27,464 nucleotides of DNA from Octopus sinensis. Lineage: Eukaryota. The stretch is from the NCBI RefSeq assembly GCF_006345805.1, contig NW_021834088.1, positions 1 through 27,464 of the forward strand. Direction: 5' to 3'. The first letter of the stretch is position 1, and each line of letters begins with the position of its first letter. The notes beneath the pieces were generated by a model. It ran no database searches. It worked only from the letters and a program-made list of their open reading frames with translations, and was not told the DNA's origin. Made by a program: the position numbers and the translations under genes. Shown here piece after piece: positions 1-10,980 of the stretch.

Positions 1-225
1 GTATGTGAGCGTCTGTGTTTGTGTGTGTGTACGTGCGAATGTGTGTATGCATAAACATTTTATTTACTGTCAATTTATGTATATTCATGCATATTCAAGC
101 ATGTATACATATATTGATATATGCGTATATATATTTCTGTATAAACTTACATTTAAAACATATGCATGCATGTAGTTACTCATACGCACACACATGTATC
201 TATCTATCTGTCTATCTATTTAACT

Positions 226-271
226 ATCGAACTATTTAGATATATACATACATTCACATATATATACACAC

Positions 272-340
<69 letters not shown>

Positions 341-450
341 TAGATACATAGATACATACATACACATATACATACATACATACATACATACATACGTACG
401 TACGTACGTACACATATTTATATATTCATGTATATATGCATCGTAGTCTG

Positions 451-506
<56 letters not shown>

Positions 507-681
507 TTATACAGATATATATATATATGTATATATATAAGTATGTATATATATATATAATATATAAATGGCACTATGATTTTTATATATGTATTTATAT
601 CTATAAGAATGTGTACAAACTCACACACTCACACACAAACAGATACACACACACACACATACACACACACACACACACACT
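226..681. repeat. Compound microsatellite cluster (CA)n/(TA)n/(CATA)n
   Basis: Directly visible runs of ca, ta, taga and cata; these produce the MYVC/HTHT-type ORFs. Confidence 0.95.
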
Positions 682-1273
682 TTGTAATATATAACAGATA
701 AACAAAGGCGCAAGAAAAATCAAATTTCTAAGAAATCCTAACGTAGGACGAGTCTCGAATCTAAAAAAAAAAAAACAAAACCAGAAAAAGCACAATCTTT
801 ATAAAATATGATTACGTGACAAGCATGTGTTTTTCCCTGTAGGAAACCACTGGTATAGGCTGGCTACGTAACGAATATACTTTCACAACGCCAGCTCGGA
901 AATGCGTTGCTTACAAATGAATGCCATACTGAGCGCCTACCTTTGTGTACATCCATCGGATGCGCTCCCTAACCTTAGAAATAAGGGACAAGTGCATGTG
1001 CCCTGTGCGAAAATCAATATCTAGGTCATTGGTTTTAGAGGGTGCACTGTATGTTAGCTGCTTGTTTCTGTGCGCGCGTCGGTGCGTAAGGGTGCGTGGG
1101 TGCATGAGTATGTGTGTGTGGTGTGTGTGTGGGTGCGCGCGCATGCGTGCATGTGCGTGCGTGCGTGTTCGTTATTCCACAGTGCATTATATGTTATGCA
1201 CATTTCTTTGTGGCATGCATAAATAAATGCGCACAGGCAAACGCAAAGGTGCTTGCAGGCACACACACGTACG

Positions 1274-1316
<43 letters not shown>

Positions 1317-1497
1317 ACACACACCATATATATATCTATATATATATATATATATATTTCTATATAGTATTATCACTATATATATCAATGTGTATATACG
1401 TCTATGTATGTATACATATGCGTGTGTGTATATGTATGTATGCATATAATACATATGCATACTTGCATACATATATCCATGCATGCATACATACATT

Positions 1498-1531
<34 letters not shown>

Positions 1532-1688
1532 GGCGTGTGGTAAGTAGCTTGCTAACCAACCACATGGTTCCGGGTTCAGTCCCACTGCGGGGCATCTTGG
1601 GCAAGTGTCTTCTGCTATAGCCTCGGGCCGACCAATGCCTTGTGAGTGGATTTGGTAGGCGGAAACTGAAAGAAGCCTGTCGTATATG

Positions 1689-1719
<31 letters not shown>

Positions 1720-1924
1720 ATGTGTGTGTGTGCGTGTGTGTGTGTTTGTGTCTGTGTTTGTCTCCCTAGCATTGCTTGACAACCGATGCTGGTGTGTTTA
1801 CGTCCCCGTCACTTAGCGGTTCGGCAAAAGAGACCGATAGAATAAGTACTGGGCTTACAAAGGTAAGTCCCGGGGTCGATTTGCTCGACTAAAAGGCGGT
1901 GCTCCAGCATGGTCGCAGTCAAAT
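1532..1924 (+). mobile_element. tRNA-derived CORE-type SINE (octopus OR2-like), with internal (TA)n(TG)n
   Basis: Head GTGTGGTAAGTAGCTTGC...GGGTTCAGTCCC (A/B-box-like), CORE-like GGCATCTTGGGCAAGTGTCTT, then the 3' part GGTGTGTTTACGTCCCCGT...GCAGTCAAA. Homologous to seven other copies in the window. The family name is from recall. Confidence 0.85.
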
Positions 1925-2145
1925 ACATACATACATACATACATACATATCACATATCAACACATACACACATATATTCATTTCTGTTTTTTATTTGAAA
2001 TCTTCTTAGCAAGGAGCTGGTTTCTATGCGTGTATGAATGTATACACACATACGCATAAACATTTAAACACACACGCACACATAATATTTGCATACACGT
2101 ACGTACATACATAGAATCATCCGTACATGCATGTATAAATTCGTA

Positions 2146-2335
2146 AATGGTGATGACTACAATGATGACGATGATGACGGCGGTGACGACAACGACGATG
2201 ACAACGGCTACTACCACCACTACGACGACGACGATGATGATGATGACGACGACGACGACGACGACGATGATGATGATGATGATGATGACAATGACGATGA
2301 CGATGATGATGATGATGATACCGATGATGATGATG
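2146..2335. repeat. (GAT/GAC)n trinucleotide microsatellite
   Basis: Long imperfect GAY run; gives poly-D, poly-M/T and poly-H/R ORFs in different frames. Confidence 0.9.
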
Positions 2336-2681
2336 TACTCTTTCGTCCATATATTCGCGCGAAAGACCAGTTATTCAATCAAATGGACGGGAAATCATAG
2401 AATTAGCCAGCGAAATGGCTGCGTGTTCCGCAGTCACATGTCCGCTTAATGATTCAAGATAGACAAATATGAATCTTTCAAATACAGTTAAAATCCATAC
2501 GACGAGAACCCAAGAAATTTTGTGACAACCCCAAATTCTTTGGCGTGGTTTAGAAATACCTGAATATACCGTAAAAACACTTACCCAAGATGCGAGTCAA
2601 CTGAGAGTCATATAAATTGATATAATGCTTACTTGAAAAAACTCACAGAACTGAAAACAATACACAAAAATTTTATTATTA

Positions 2682-3245
2682 TTGGGTTGTCCGAAAAGTT
2701 CGTACCGATTTATAGCAGCTTACCTTTCGACTTATTTTAGAACATATTTGAGTCCATAAAATAGGATTTGACTACACCTCCATTAAGAGCACAGTTTAAG
2801 CTATCTTTTCGTGGAAGAAGGTTTATGTTCCTATAACCTGTGTTAATTCTGTAACCTTTTAAAATGGAAGAAGAAAGTTCATTTTCGGTACTTGATGCTT
2901 TGGGAACCAGACAAATATTGCTGCAGCTCGGCTGGGATGTGTTACCCCACCCTCCATATTCACCAGATATTGCTCCTTCGGATTTCCACTTATTCAGATC
3001 TCTGCAGAATAGTCTTAATGGTAAAACTTTCAATTCCTTGGATGATGTAAAAAGATACCTTGATGAATTATTTGCCATGAAACCACCTCAATTCTGGAAA
3101 GAGGGTATTTTCAAGTTAAAAGAAAGATGGAGACGGATTGTGCAACAAAATGGTTCATATTTGGTTGATCAAGAATGTAATGGCAAGTATTTATTGACCT
3201 TTTTCTTTCCTTTAAAAATCGTCACGAACTTTCCGGACAACCCAA
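2682..3245 (+). mobile_element. Internally deleted mariner DNA transposon (564 bp)
   Basis: 30-bp TIRs at 2682-2711 and 3216-3245 (TTGGGTTGTCCG(A/G)AAAGTTCGT..GATTT, 27/30 match), with TA on both sides (2680-2681, 3246-3247). Internal transposase C-terminus carries the mariner motif HPPYSPDIAPSDFHLFRSLQ. Confidence 0.95.
2864..3172 (+). pseudogene. Mariner transposase remnant (short N-terminal stub fused to the C-terminal third)
   Basis: ORF 2864-3250 reads LGWDVLPHPPYSPDIAPSDFHLFRSLQNSLNGKTF...ERWRRIVQQNGSYL. An N-terminal KVHFRYLML stub is in another frame just after the ATG. Most of the DNA-binding and catalytic region is missing. Confidence 0.88.
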
Positions 3246-3773
3246 TATAAAATCCGGGATACGATTGTGTTTCTGGCGATGGATATATGTAAAAAAAATA
3301 TAACAGAATTTTCATTATTCTGAAGTGAAATAGGGGATATTTGAAGTGGACGAGGTTATTAATGCATAAGCGACTGAAAAATTGAGACATAATATTGGTT
3401 CGCAACGTTTCTGACTTCGAATCTCTTCTATTTACATAAAGTCCGCTAGAGCTTATACATGGAGCTTATAAATTATAGATATTTCTCAAAATAAAATTTT
3501 TTCATGGAGATTTCCAACAAAGAGCTTAATAAACCAAAATCTTACAACAATGTTGCGCAGACTGAAGATGATTCCAACAATTTTTTTTTAAATATTTATT
3601 TTTATTTATCCACCAAACCGAAATACGAATCTGTTCCGCATGTAGTATATACGTATACTTTAATACATACATATATGCGTGGGTGTGGGTGTTGTATAGG
3701 CATACACACACACACACACACACATACACACACATATGTATTGTATATGCATACATATGCGCGCGTGTGTGTG

Positions 3774-4151
3774 TACTCTTTTATTCTTTTACATGTTTCA
3801 GTCATTTTTATTGCGGTCACGCTGGAGCACCGCCTTGAAGTATTTTAGTTGAAAAAATCGACTCCAGAACTTATTCTTTGTAAGCCCTGTACTCATTCAA
3901 TCGATCTTTTCTGCTGAACCGCTATGTTACGGGGCCGTAAACACACCAACATTGATTGTCAAACGATGGTGGGGTGGGGACAAACACAGATACAAAGACA
4001 CACACATAAATAAATACAAACATATATATAAATACGACGGGCTTCTTTCAGCTTTCGTCCACCAAATCCACTCACAAGACTTTGGTCTGTCCGAGGTTAT
4101 AATAGAAGTCACTTGCCTAAGGTGCCACGCAGTGGGACTGAACTCCGAACC
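3774..4151 (-). mobile_element. CORE-type SINE (OR2-like), 5' truncated
   Basis: Reverse-complement match to the 1532-1924 and 13799-14151 copies (GACGGGCTTCTTTCAG, AAATCCACTCACAAG, GGTGCCACGCAGTGGGACTGAAC). Confidence 0.85.
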
Positions 4152-4190
4152 ATACATACATACATACATACATACATACATACATACATA

Positions 4191-4390
4191 CGTTAGAGCG
4201 CCGGGCGAAATGCTTAGCGGTATTTCGTCTGTCGTTACGTTGTGAGTTCAAATTCCGCCGAGGTCGACTTTGCCTTTCATCCTTTCGGGGTCGATAAATA
4301 AAGTACTAGTTTCGCACTGGGGTCGATGTAATCGACTTAGTCCCTTGTTTGTCCCCTCTATGTTTAGCCCCCTGTGGGCAGTAAAGAAAT
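4191..4390 (+). mobile_element. Deu/Nin-domain tRNA-derived SINE (tail type A)
   Basis: GAGTTCAAATTCC B-box, GCCTTTCATCCTTTCGGGGTCGATAAA Deu/Nin-like core, tail GTTTGTCCCCTCTATGTTTAGCCCC...AAAGAAAT. Confidence 0.85.
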
Positions 4391-5290
4391 ATATATATAT
4401 ATATATATATATGAATTTATTTGATTTGAATCTGTTTAATATTGCATTAATATATGAAGTATGTAGCAATCTGTGTATCATGCTTAAAGCAGATACAAGC
4501 CTAATTTACTGGGGTATTCGTTACGAGATAGTATTTATCATAGGCGTAGAGCGTTAAAAACCACAGAACAATATCAGTAGCAGACGAAAATTGTTCAGCA
4601 GCGGTGGTAGGATTGTGTATTTCTGTCACTTCGAGTTCCATCAGTAGTAAGCATCCCTTGAGAACCGCATTGTGATACAAAGTGGTTGTAACTAATATAA
4701 TAATACAGTGATTGAGAAACATCACTGATATTGCAATTAACCGGCAAGCTGAACAATAATTCGTTGTGTGCGACAGAAGCAGAATTACTATAAAATAGCA
4801 ATCTGTATATCATACTAAAAGCAGATATATTATTGCAAGCCTAATTTACTGCAGTATTCAACCTGAGATAATATCAGTGCGTGACGCGCGTCTGTGTATG
4901 TTTGAATTCTATGCTTCTTTCTGGTGTTCCTCGTATTTCTCATTTTTAAATTCAAAATTTCTAATCCTACTTCACGTTGAATCTATTTTCCACTCATGGC
5001 TACTGAGGTAATTTACAGCTAGTATTAATCCTGACTGCCTTAACAGCTGCCCTCGAATGGCTCATGAAGTCCCAGTCTATAATCCTCACTTGTAACTGAA
5101 AGTGAAACGGTTGGCTCTAAATATTTCAACGGGAATATTCGAAGTCGATAATCTATCTGTAATTATGTTTCATTTTGAGTCTAACTTCACTGTCATTCCT
5201 CCTACGAAAGTCCACTGGCTGTGTGCTAAGTTCTTTAACAGCAAGGCACACTAATATTATCCATCATTATGGTGGCAAGTCAACAGAGTA

Positions 5291-5488
5291 TTTAGCAAAT
5301 CGGGCAAAATGCTTAGCGGCAATTCGGGGAGTCTTCACGTTCTGATTTCAAATTCCGCCGAGGTCGACTTTGCCTTTCATCCTTTTAGGGTCTATAAAAT
5401 AAGGTACCAGTTAAGCACTGGGGTCAAGGCAATCGACTTACCCCCTCCTCCCGAAATAGCTGGCCTTGAGCCAAAATATGAAACCGAT
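5291..5488 (+). mobile_element. Deu/Nin-domain SINE, diverged (tail type B)
   Basis: CAAATTCCGCCGAGGTCGACTTTGCCTTTCATCC core, followed by a CCCCCTCC...GGCCTTGAGCC tail. Confidence 0.8.
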
Positions 5489-6367
5489 ATTTCTTCGTAG
5501 AAAGTTTTAAAATTTATGCCCGAAATATATATAATGTTGAAAAGCAGCTGCTTTATATAACATTTCTAATTGATACAGAGATGTAATGTGTCCAAAATGA
5601 AATGTTTATATTCAACAGATGAACGTAGGTAAACAATCCCCAAACCCCAAACTTTAAAGTCAATGATCCTTTTATTTCCCCCCTATCCTACAAAATGAGT
5701 GCAAAATATACCTAGGTATTGATAAAATTGTATCATACACAAAGATATAGTATCACAAGGATATCATGGCTAGAGAATCGCACCAGACTTTATGACAGTC
5801 AGAGACTTCTTCCTCCAACATGGCAATATCCAAAAACGCATTTGAAGTATTCGTACTAATACTAGCATTTGGGGATCTCGGCTGAGCTGTAGAGGAAATC
5901 CGCTCCTTAGACATAAAAACCTGCAAGATCTTGAGACTGACTGCAAATGTCAACAGAAATAGAGATACCGATAGATTCTATCTCAGAAGAAAAGAAGGAG
6001 GAAGAGGCTTGAGATTTGAGATTTGAGCAAACATCCTTTGAGCGCTGCAAGAAAGGAAAACATCTACTATAGATTTGCAGTAAAAATAAATATATCAACC
6101 GAATGCCGAAAAACTTAAGTGAATGACATCCTGCAGGTCATTAACGAACTCCTCAACAAACATTTACTTCCTGATGACCTCCTGTGCGAGCCCAGAAAAA
6201 CAGGATCCGCATATCTTAGCAAAAACCCGGAAGAGAAACACTCTATATATCAGAAGAAAGTCACGCATGGGTATGTTTCTCATAAAAAAAGTTGACAGTA
6301 TTGACATGAAGTCATTATTTACATTATTTACATTTGATGGATATTTGTCCTCATCTCGTTTGTTGTT

Positions 6368-6413
6368 AACACAACGTTTCGTCTAATATGCTCTCCAGCC
6401 TTCATCAGGTGTC
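6368..6413 (-). ncRNA. Minimal type I hammerhead ribozyme motif (Penelope-like)
   Basis: Minus strand reads GACAC-CUGAUGA-A-GGCUG(loop)UAGAC-GAAAC-GUU/GUGUU: full core, stem I GACAC:GUGUU, palindromic ACGU mini-stem III. Stem II has one mismatch and one wobble pair. Confidence 0.6.
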
Positions 6414-6476
6414 TTGGAGAAATTTCGAACCTGGGTTCTCATTCTTAAGGTATTTTTCAATGTTGTGGTTATTATT

Positions 6477-6521
<45 letters not shown>

Positions 6522-6660
6522 ATTCGGGTCACTGTCTGGAATCGAACTCAGAATCTTGGGGTCAGTAGCCCGCGCTCTTAACCACGGCACCATATGCCCG
6601 TAATAATAATAACATCGAAAATACCTTAAGAATGAGAACCCAGGTTCGAAATTTTCCCAA

Positions 6661-6703
6661 GACACCTGATGAAGGCTGGAGGGTATATCAGCTGAAATGT
6701 ATT
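6661..6703 (+). ncRNA. Second, damaged hammerhead motif in the right arm
   Basis: GACAC-CTGATGA-A-GGCTG GAGGGTATAT CAGCT-GAAA: core and stem II intact; a downstream deletion removes the ACGT/GTGTT part. Confidence 0.5.
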
Positions 6704-6792
6704 AACAACAAACAAGATGAGGACAAATATCCGTCAAATGTAAATAATGTACATAATTCCTCAACTCTTAAATGTAGAATTGACATGGAGTC

Positions 6793-6937
6793 GTTCTGGG
6801 TTCCAATTACACCGAGGTTGACTATGCCTTTTATTCTTTCGGGGTCGATAAAATGAATACAGTTGAACCCAGGGGTCCACGTAACCGACTGACCTCTCTC
6901 CAAAAATTGTTGGCCTTGTGCCAAAATTTGGAACAAA
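6793..6937 (+). mobile_element. 5'-truncated diverged Deu/Nin SINE (tail type B)
   Basis: CCGAGGTTGACTATGCCTTTATTCTTTCGGGGTCGATAAAATG core and TGGCCTTGTGCCAAAATTTG tail, bounded by target copies at 6779-6792 and 6938-6951. Confidence 0.75.
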
Positions 6938-7133
6938 TATTGACATGAAGTTTAGCCTCTTCTGGCCTTGTGCACCACTACAGTACATCACATCTTGTAG
7001 GCTAGGTTTTTACAATCTAAGAACAGGCATAAGCTACAAAATATCTCATGAACAAACGAGAGAGGGAAGTCTTTAAAATTTCAAAATCCAACCAAATTAT
7101 ACTATCCTGGGGGCGGGGAACAAAAAACATGTT

Positions 7134-7345
7134 CTTTTCTACCCTAGGCACAAGGCCCGAAACTTTGAGGGAGGATTCCAGTCGATTAGATCGACCCCAG
7201 TATGCAACTGGTACTTAATTTATCGACCCACTAAGGATGAAAGGCAAAGTCGACCTCGGCGGAATTTGAACTCAGAACGGAATGCCAGACGAAATACTGC
7301 TAAGCATTTAGCCCGGCGTGTTAACGTTTCTGCCAACTCACCGCC
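7134..7345 (-). mobile_element. Full-length Deu/Nin SINE (tail type B) inserted in the LINE
   Basis: Reverse-complement head GGCGGTGAGTTGGCAGAAACGTTAAC and core. Flanked by TGTT on both sides; removing it restores the LINE reading cat gtt atc agc (HVIS). Confidence 0.85.
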
Positions 7346-7942
7346 TTGTTATCAGCAACCGTCCAGAGATGTCACTGAGGTACTACTTCCCACTGTGGTA
7401 CGATATTGTTACTAAAACTAAAGAATACCATTCGCAGGGGGTGGGGAAATGCCCTGAGAAAACATATGCTTTGGAATACGTGCATAGGGAAGCAATTCCA
7501 TGAAATTTTCTACCCAACATAACAGATCTGATATAGTTATTTGGATCAGGAAAGAAAAGTGATGTAGAGTCACAGAAGTAAGTTGCCCTGCAGATGAGAA
7601 CATTTCCTTGCTTCGAAACCTGTAACTCCTCTAATCCTAATTATGAATTTACTTTTGTTCCAATAATTATAATCATTAGTGCGCTCAATTATGCTAGTAA
7701 ATGTCTAAGCTACAATCTGGAGGAGCTTTGAGTTTCAAGCAAAGAAAGAGACCGGCGACCTACTCTAGAGGTAAAGTCTGTATGCGGAACAGTAAAAATA
7801 TGCAACATTTTCTAAAAGTTCGATATATAGCAATTATTGTTGTTGTTATCCACGTTCCAATGATGGATCTTTTATTTCTATTTTAGAACCCAGCACCCTC
7901 ATTCATGAAAGATTAGTAACAAATAAAAAGGAAACAAACACG

Positions 7943-7958
7943 TACATATATATATACA

Positions 7959-7992
<34 letters not shown>

Positions 7993-8148
7993 CATACATA
8001 CATACATACACACATACATACATACATACACACATACATACATACATACATACATACACACATACATACACACATACATACATACATACATACATACACA
8101 CACACATATATACATACATACTTACATACACAAATACATACACACACA

Positions 8149-8180
<32 letters not shown>

Positions 8181-8461
8181 CACACACACATACATACATA
8201 CACACACATACATACATACACATACATACATACATACATACACACATACATACATACATACATACATACATACATACATGCACATGCATACATACATACA
8301 CACATACATACATACATACACACATACATACATACATACATACATACATACACACACACATATATACATACATACTTACATACACACATACATACATACA
8401 TACATACATACATACATACATACATACACACATACATACATACATACATACATACATACAT
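7943..8461. repeat. Long (CATA)n microsatellite
   Basis: About 520 bp of cata/caca units directly after the LINE 3' end. Confidence 0.95.
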
Positions 8462-8938
8462 GCAGATAACATGACGTTTGTTGTTGCAATCATGTCTTAC
8501 AGAACTATACTTCCGGCTGAGAATTCGCAAGTGTCACATGATATCAGCTTTCTAGAAACAGAGAAAATAACAATGACAACATCAATAACGACAACCAAAT
8601 TAATAATAACAATAATGGTTTCCATAATAAATGACAATGATTTTAGGCAGGAAGCTTATTAATGAAATGTAATTACACAATAGTTACTGTTTATAACGTT
8701 CTTGTATTGCTCTTTAGTTTTTAGCCCCGCTTCAGCTCTCAAACAGGTGTTCCATCGCGATAATGATAACCCTCGTCTAAAAGAAGAGGACGATCAGGTC
8801 TTCATAATCTGGCGTGATTTTTAATTCAGCTGCAGCTGTTGTTATTGGTTTGCTTCAGGTTCCACCCAAATCCAAGAAACCTATGCTGAAATACTTTCTC
8901 TCTATTTCATTTTGTTGTTTGCTCAACATTTAGAATAC

Positions 8939-9326
8939 ACGCCAGGCGAAATGCTTAGCGGTATTTCATCTACCGTTACGTTCTGAGTTCAAATTCCGCC
9001 GAGGTCGACTTTTCCTTTCATCCTTTCGGGGTCGATAAATTAAGTATCAGTTACGCACTGGTGTCGATGTAATCGACTTAATCCCTTTGTCTGTCCTTGT
9101 TTGTCCCCTCTATGTTTAGCCCCTGGTGGGTAGTAAAGAAATAGGTATTTCGTCTGCCGCTACGTTCTGAGTTCAAATTCCGCTAAGGTCGACTTTGCCT
9201 TTCATCCTTTCGGGGTCGATTAGATAAGTACCAGATACGCACTGGGGTCGATGTAATCGACCCAGTCCCTTTGTTTGTCCTTGTTTGTCCCCTCTATGTT
9301 TAGCTCCTTGTGGGCAGTAAAGAATT
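8939..9326 (+). mobile_element. Head-to-tail dimer of Deu/Nin SINE (tail type A)
   Basis: Units at 8939-9143 and 9144-9326. The second starts at GGTATTTCGTCTG immediately after AAAGAAATA. Confidence 0.85.
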
Positions 9327-9467
9327 ATATATTGTCCAATCTCCTTTTTAATTTCTGTTTTTAAGACAGAGTTGTACGATAGCAGGGATATTTTGGCAGC
9401 TCTTATCGGCGGTCTTTGTTAGTTCTCTTTAATTTGTTGAGTAAACCTCAGCACAACTCTTATCCAG

Positions 9468-9518
9468 AAATTCTATGACGCACAGATCGTGAAACAAATG
9501 ATAAAGTGGGTTCCGCAG
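9468..9518 (+). other. Candidate coding exon (KFYDAQIVKQMIKWVPQ), host gene unknown
   Basis: CTCTTATCCAG acceptor, CAG|GTTTGT donor, 51 nt, phase 0-0, open frame, non-repeat sequence. No homology recognised. Confidence 0.25.
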
Positions 9519-9736
9519 GTTTGTTTTCTTAACTACTGTCTATACTGTCTAATACGACACGCACTGATGAAACTTATGGAGACTGTCTGTCACTTATATG
9601 ATGAAAGATATTTAGGCTTATCAGGCCACTCTGTGAAACACCACAATTAAAGACACCATTGCGGGTCTCCAACATCCGGACCAGATTTTCGGGATGGAGT
9701 GGGATGAGTGAGGGAAGATTGCTTCTTTTCCTGCAG

Positions 9737-9855
9737 CGTAATTCTCACATTCTCGAGACATTGATCAGCAAATGTTCATGCTGGCATCAAGTGCATCAAA
9801 CTGACCAGTCTGGAGAAAGCTACAAATTGTCTCCGTTCACTCCAGCATGGATAGA
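9737..9855 (+). other. Candidate coding exon (RNSHILETLISKCSCWHQVHQTDQSGESYKLSPFTPAWI), host gene unknown
   Basis: Strong acceptor CTTCTTTTCCTGCAG and donor AGA|GTGAGT, 119 nt, only one open frame, phase-compatible with 9468-9518. No homology recognised. Confidence 0.35.
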
Positions 9856-9959
9856 GTGAGTATAACGCACAAGAAACTTCAAAAGGTAACAATGATACCC
9901 AAGAACTCCATAAGTAAATAATATATGAATACATATAGCTAACATACACAGACACACCC

Positions 9960-10131
9960 ATGGATATATATATGTTTATATATATAAATATATATAGATA
10001 GATAGATAGATAGATACATACATACATACATACATACATACATACATACATAGATACTTACATATATACATACACACAGACACACAGACACACACACATA
10101 GATATATATATATATTATATATATATATATA

Positions 10132-10185
<54 letters not shown>
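9960..10185. repeat. Compound microsatellite (TA)n/(TAGA)n/(CATA)n/(GA)n
   Basis: Directly visible. Confidence 0.9.
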
Positions 10186-10186
<1 letters not shown>

Positions 10187-10980
10187 AGTCAGCTAGGTTT
10201 TACTAAAAAGGAAAATCATAATTGTCATTAAATGTGACTAGGGTGTTAGAAATACCTACATTGCTAGAAATAAGAGCTAAAATGCTCTAATGTTGTAATC
10301 AAAGCACATGTATACATACATATATACTGATAGACACTATAATCGCCCGAAAACATATATGTGTGTGTATTTTTGTATGTATGTATGTATGTATGTATGT
10401 ATGTATGTATGTATGCATGTATGTATGTATGTATGTATGTATGTATGTATGTATGTATGTATGTATGTATGTATGTATAGACACTACACATACACGCATA
10501 TATAGTTTAGGGAGCTGCTAGAATGTAAGACCTAAATATGGGCGTGAAAAGGAAAACAATAACCAAAACGCCAGTTTATATTTTTAAATAGTATTTCAAT
10601 ATTTTGGGTCAAAATCCCTTTATCAAGAGAGAATGGCGGATGTTAGCAAGGTGATATCCATTACACATATATGAAATATAAAACCCACCTTTTCGTTAAG
10701 AAACTCACTTATCTTGAAATATAGAAATGGAAGCTAATGATACAAACTACTTTTGTTTTGTTTTACATGTTTACATTGCACTGGTTTCTAAAGAATTCGA
10801 GCAATGTCTTATATACATCAGATTCATTATACAAACTATTCACATAGCCTCCCACATACATACATAGTCACATACATTTATAAATAGGTATATACATCTA
10901 TACATATGTTTATAATGATAAATATATAGATTATACACACACACACGTAAAGAGTAAATATTATATATATATATATATAT

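Larger units (their letters stand above)
6314..6778 (-). mobile_element. Fold-back element: tRNA-like head plus Penelope-like 3' region present as inverted arms
   Basis: Arms at about 6314-6466 and 6610-6757 are reverse complements of each other. The centre (6522-6600) reads on the minus strand as GGGCATATGGTGCCGTGGTTAAGAGC...GAGTTCGATTCC (A box, anticodon-like loop, B box), with (AAC)n between head and left arm. Confidence 0.75.
5600..7942 (+). mobile_element. Decayed 5'-truncated non-LTR retrotransposon, R4/Dong-like (RT thumb, CCHC, RLE endonuclease), split by three insertions
   Basis: Frameshifted remnants in order: YLGIDKIVSY, NAFEVFVL..G*AVEEIRSLDIKT, DRFYLRRKEGGRGL (5970-6011), THGY, EQA*ATKYLMNKRER, HV/ISNRPEMSLRYY, NRSDIVIW..EVSCPADEN, GTVKIC. 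These match the R2/R4/NeSL-group RLE LINE layout. Segments are about 5600-6312, 6938-7133 and 7347-7942. Confidence 0.85.

Noticed and set aside
843-920. Plus-strand acceptor followed by ETTGIGWLRNEYTFTTPARKCVAYK*
   Set aside because: Short, ends in a stop, no recognisable homology, and it conflicts with the opposite-strand candidates.
2089-2449. Poly-Asp, poly-His and poly-Met ORFs
   Set aside because: All arise from one (GAY)n microsatellite; no supporting splice or domain evidence.
6522-6600. Possible bona fide tRNA gene (also 22455-22535)
   Set aside because: Acceptor and anticodon stems are imperfect and both are embedded in TSD-flanked repeats; they are treated as SINE heads.
7899-8530. 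Long ORFs of MYVC/HTYI/YIYI type here and throughout, including the 404-aa ORF at 16852-18066
   Set aside because: They are translations of (TATG)n, (TG)n and (TA)n repeats that lack stop codons; no protein-like content.
8715-8800. Protein-like frame PASALKQVFHRDNDNPRLKEEDDQVFIIW
   Set aside because: Ends in a stop, and the sequence looks like a decayed dispersed repeat (similar remnants near 23950-23990 and 26900-26930).
9564-9610. CTGATGA...GAAA resembling a hammerhead core
   Set aside because: No stem II or stem I complementarity can be drawn.
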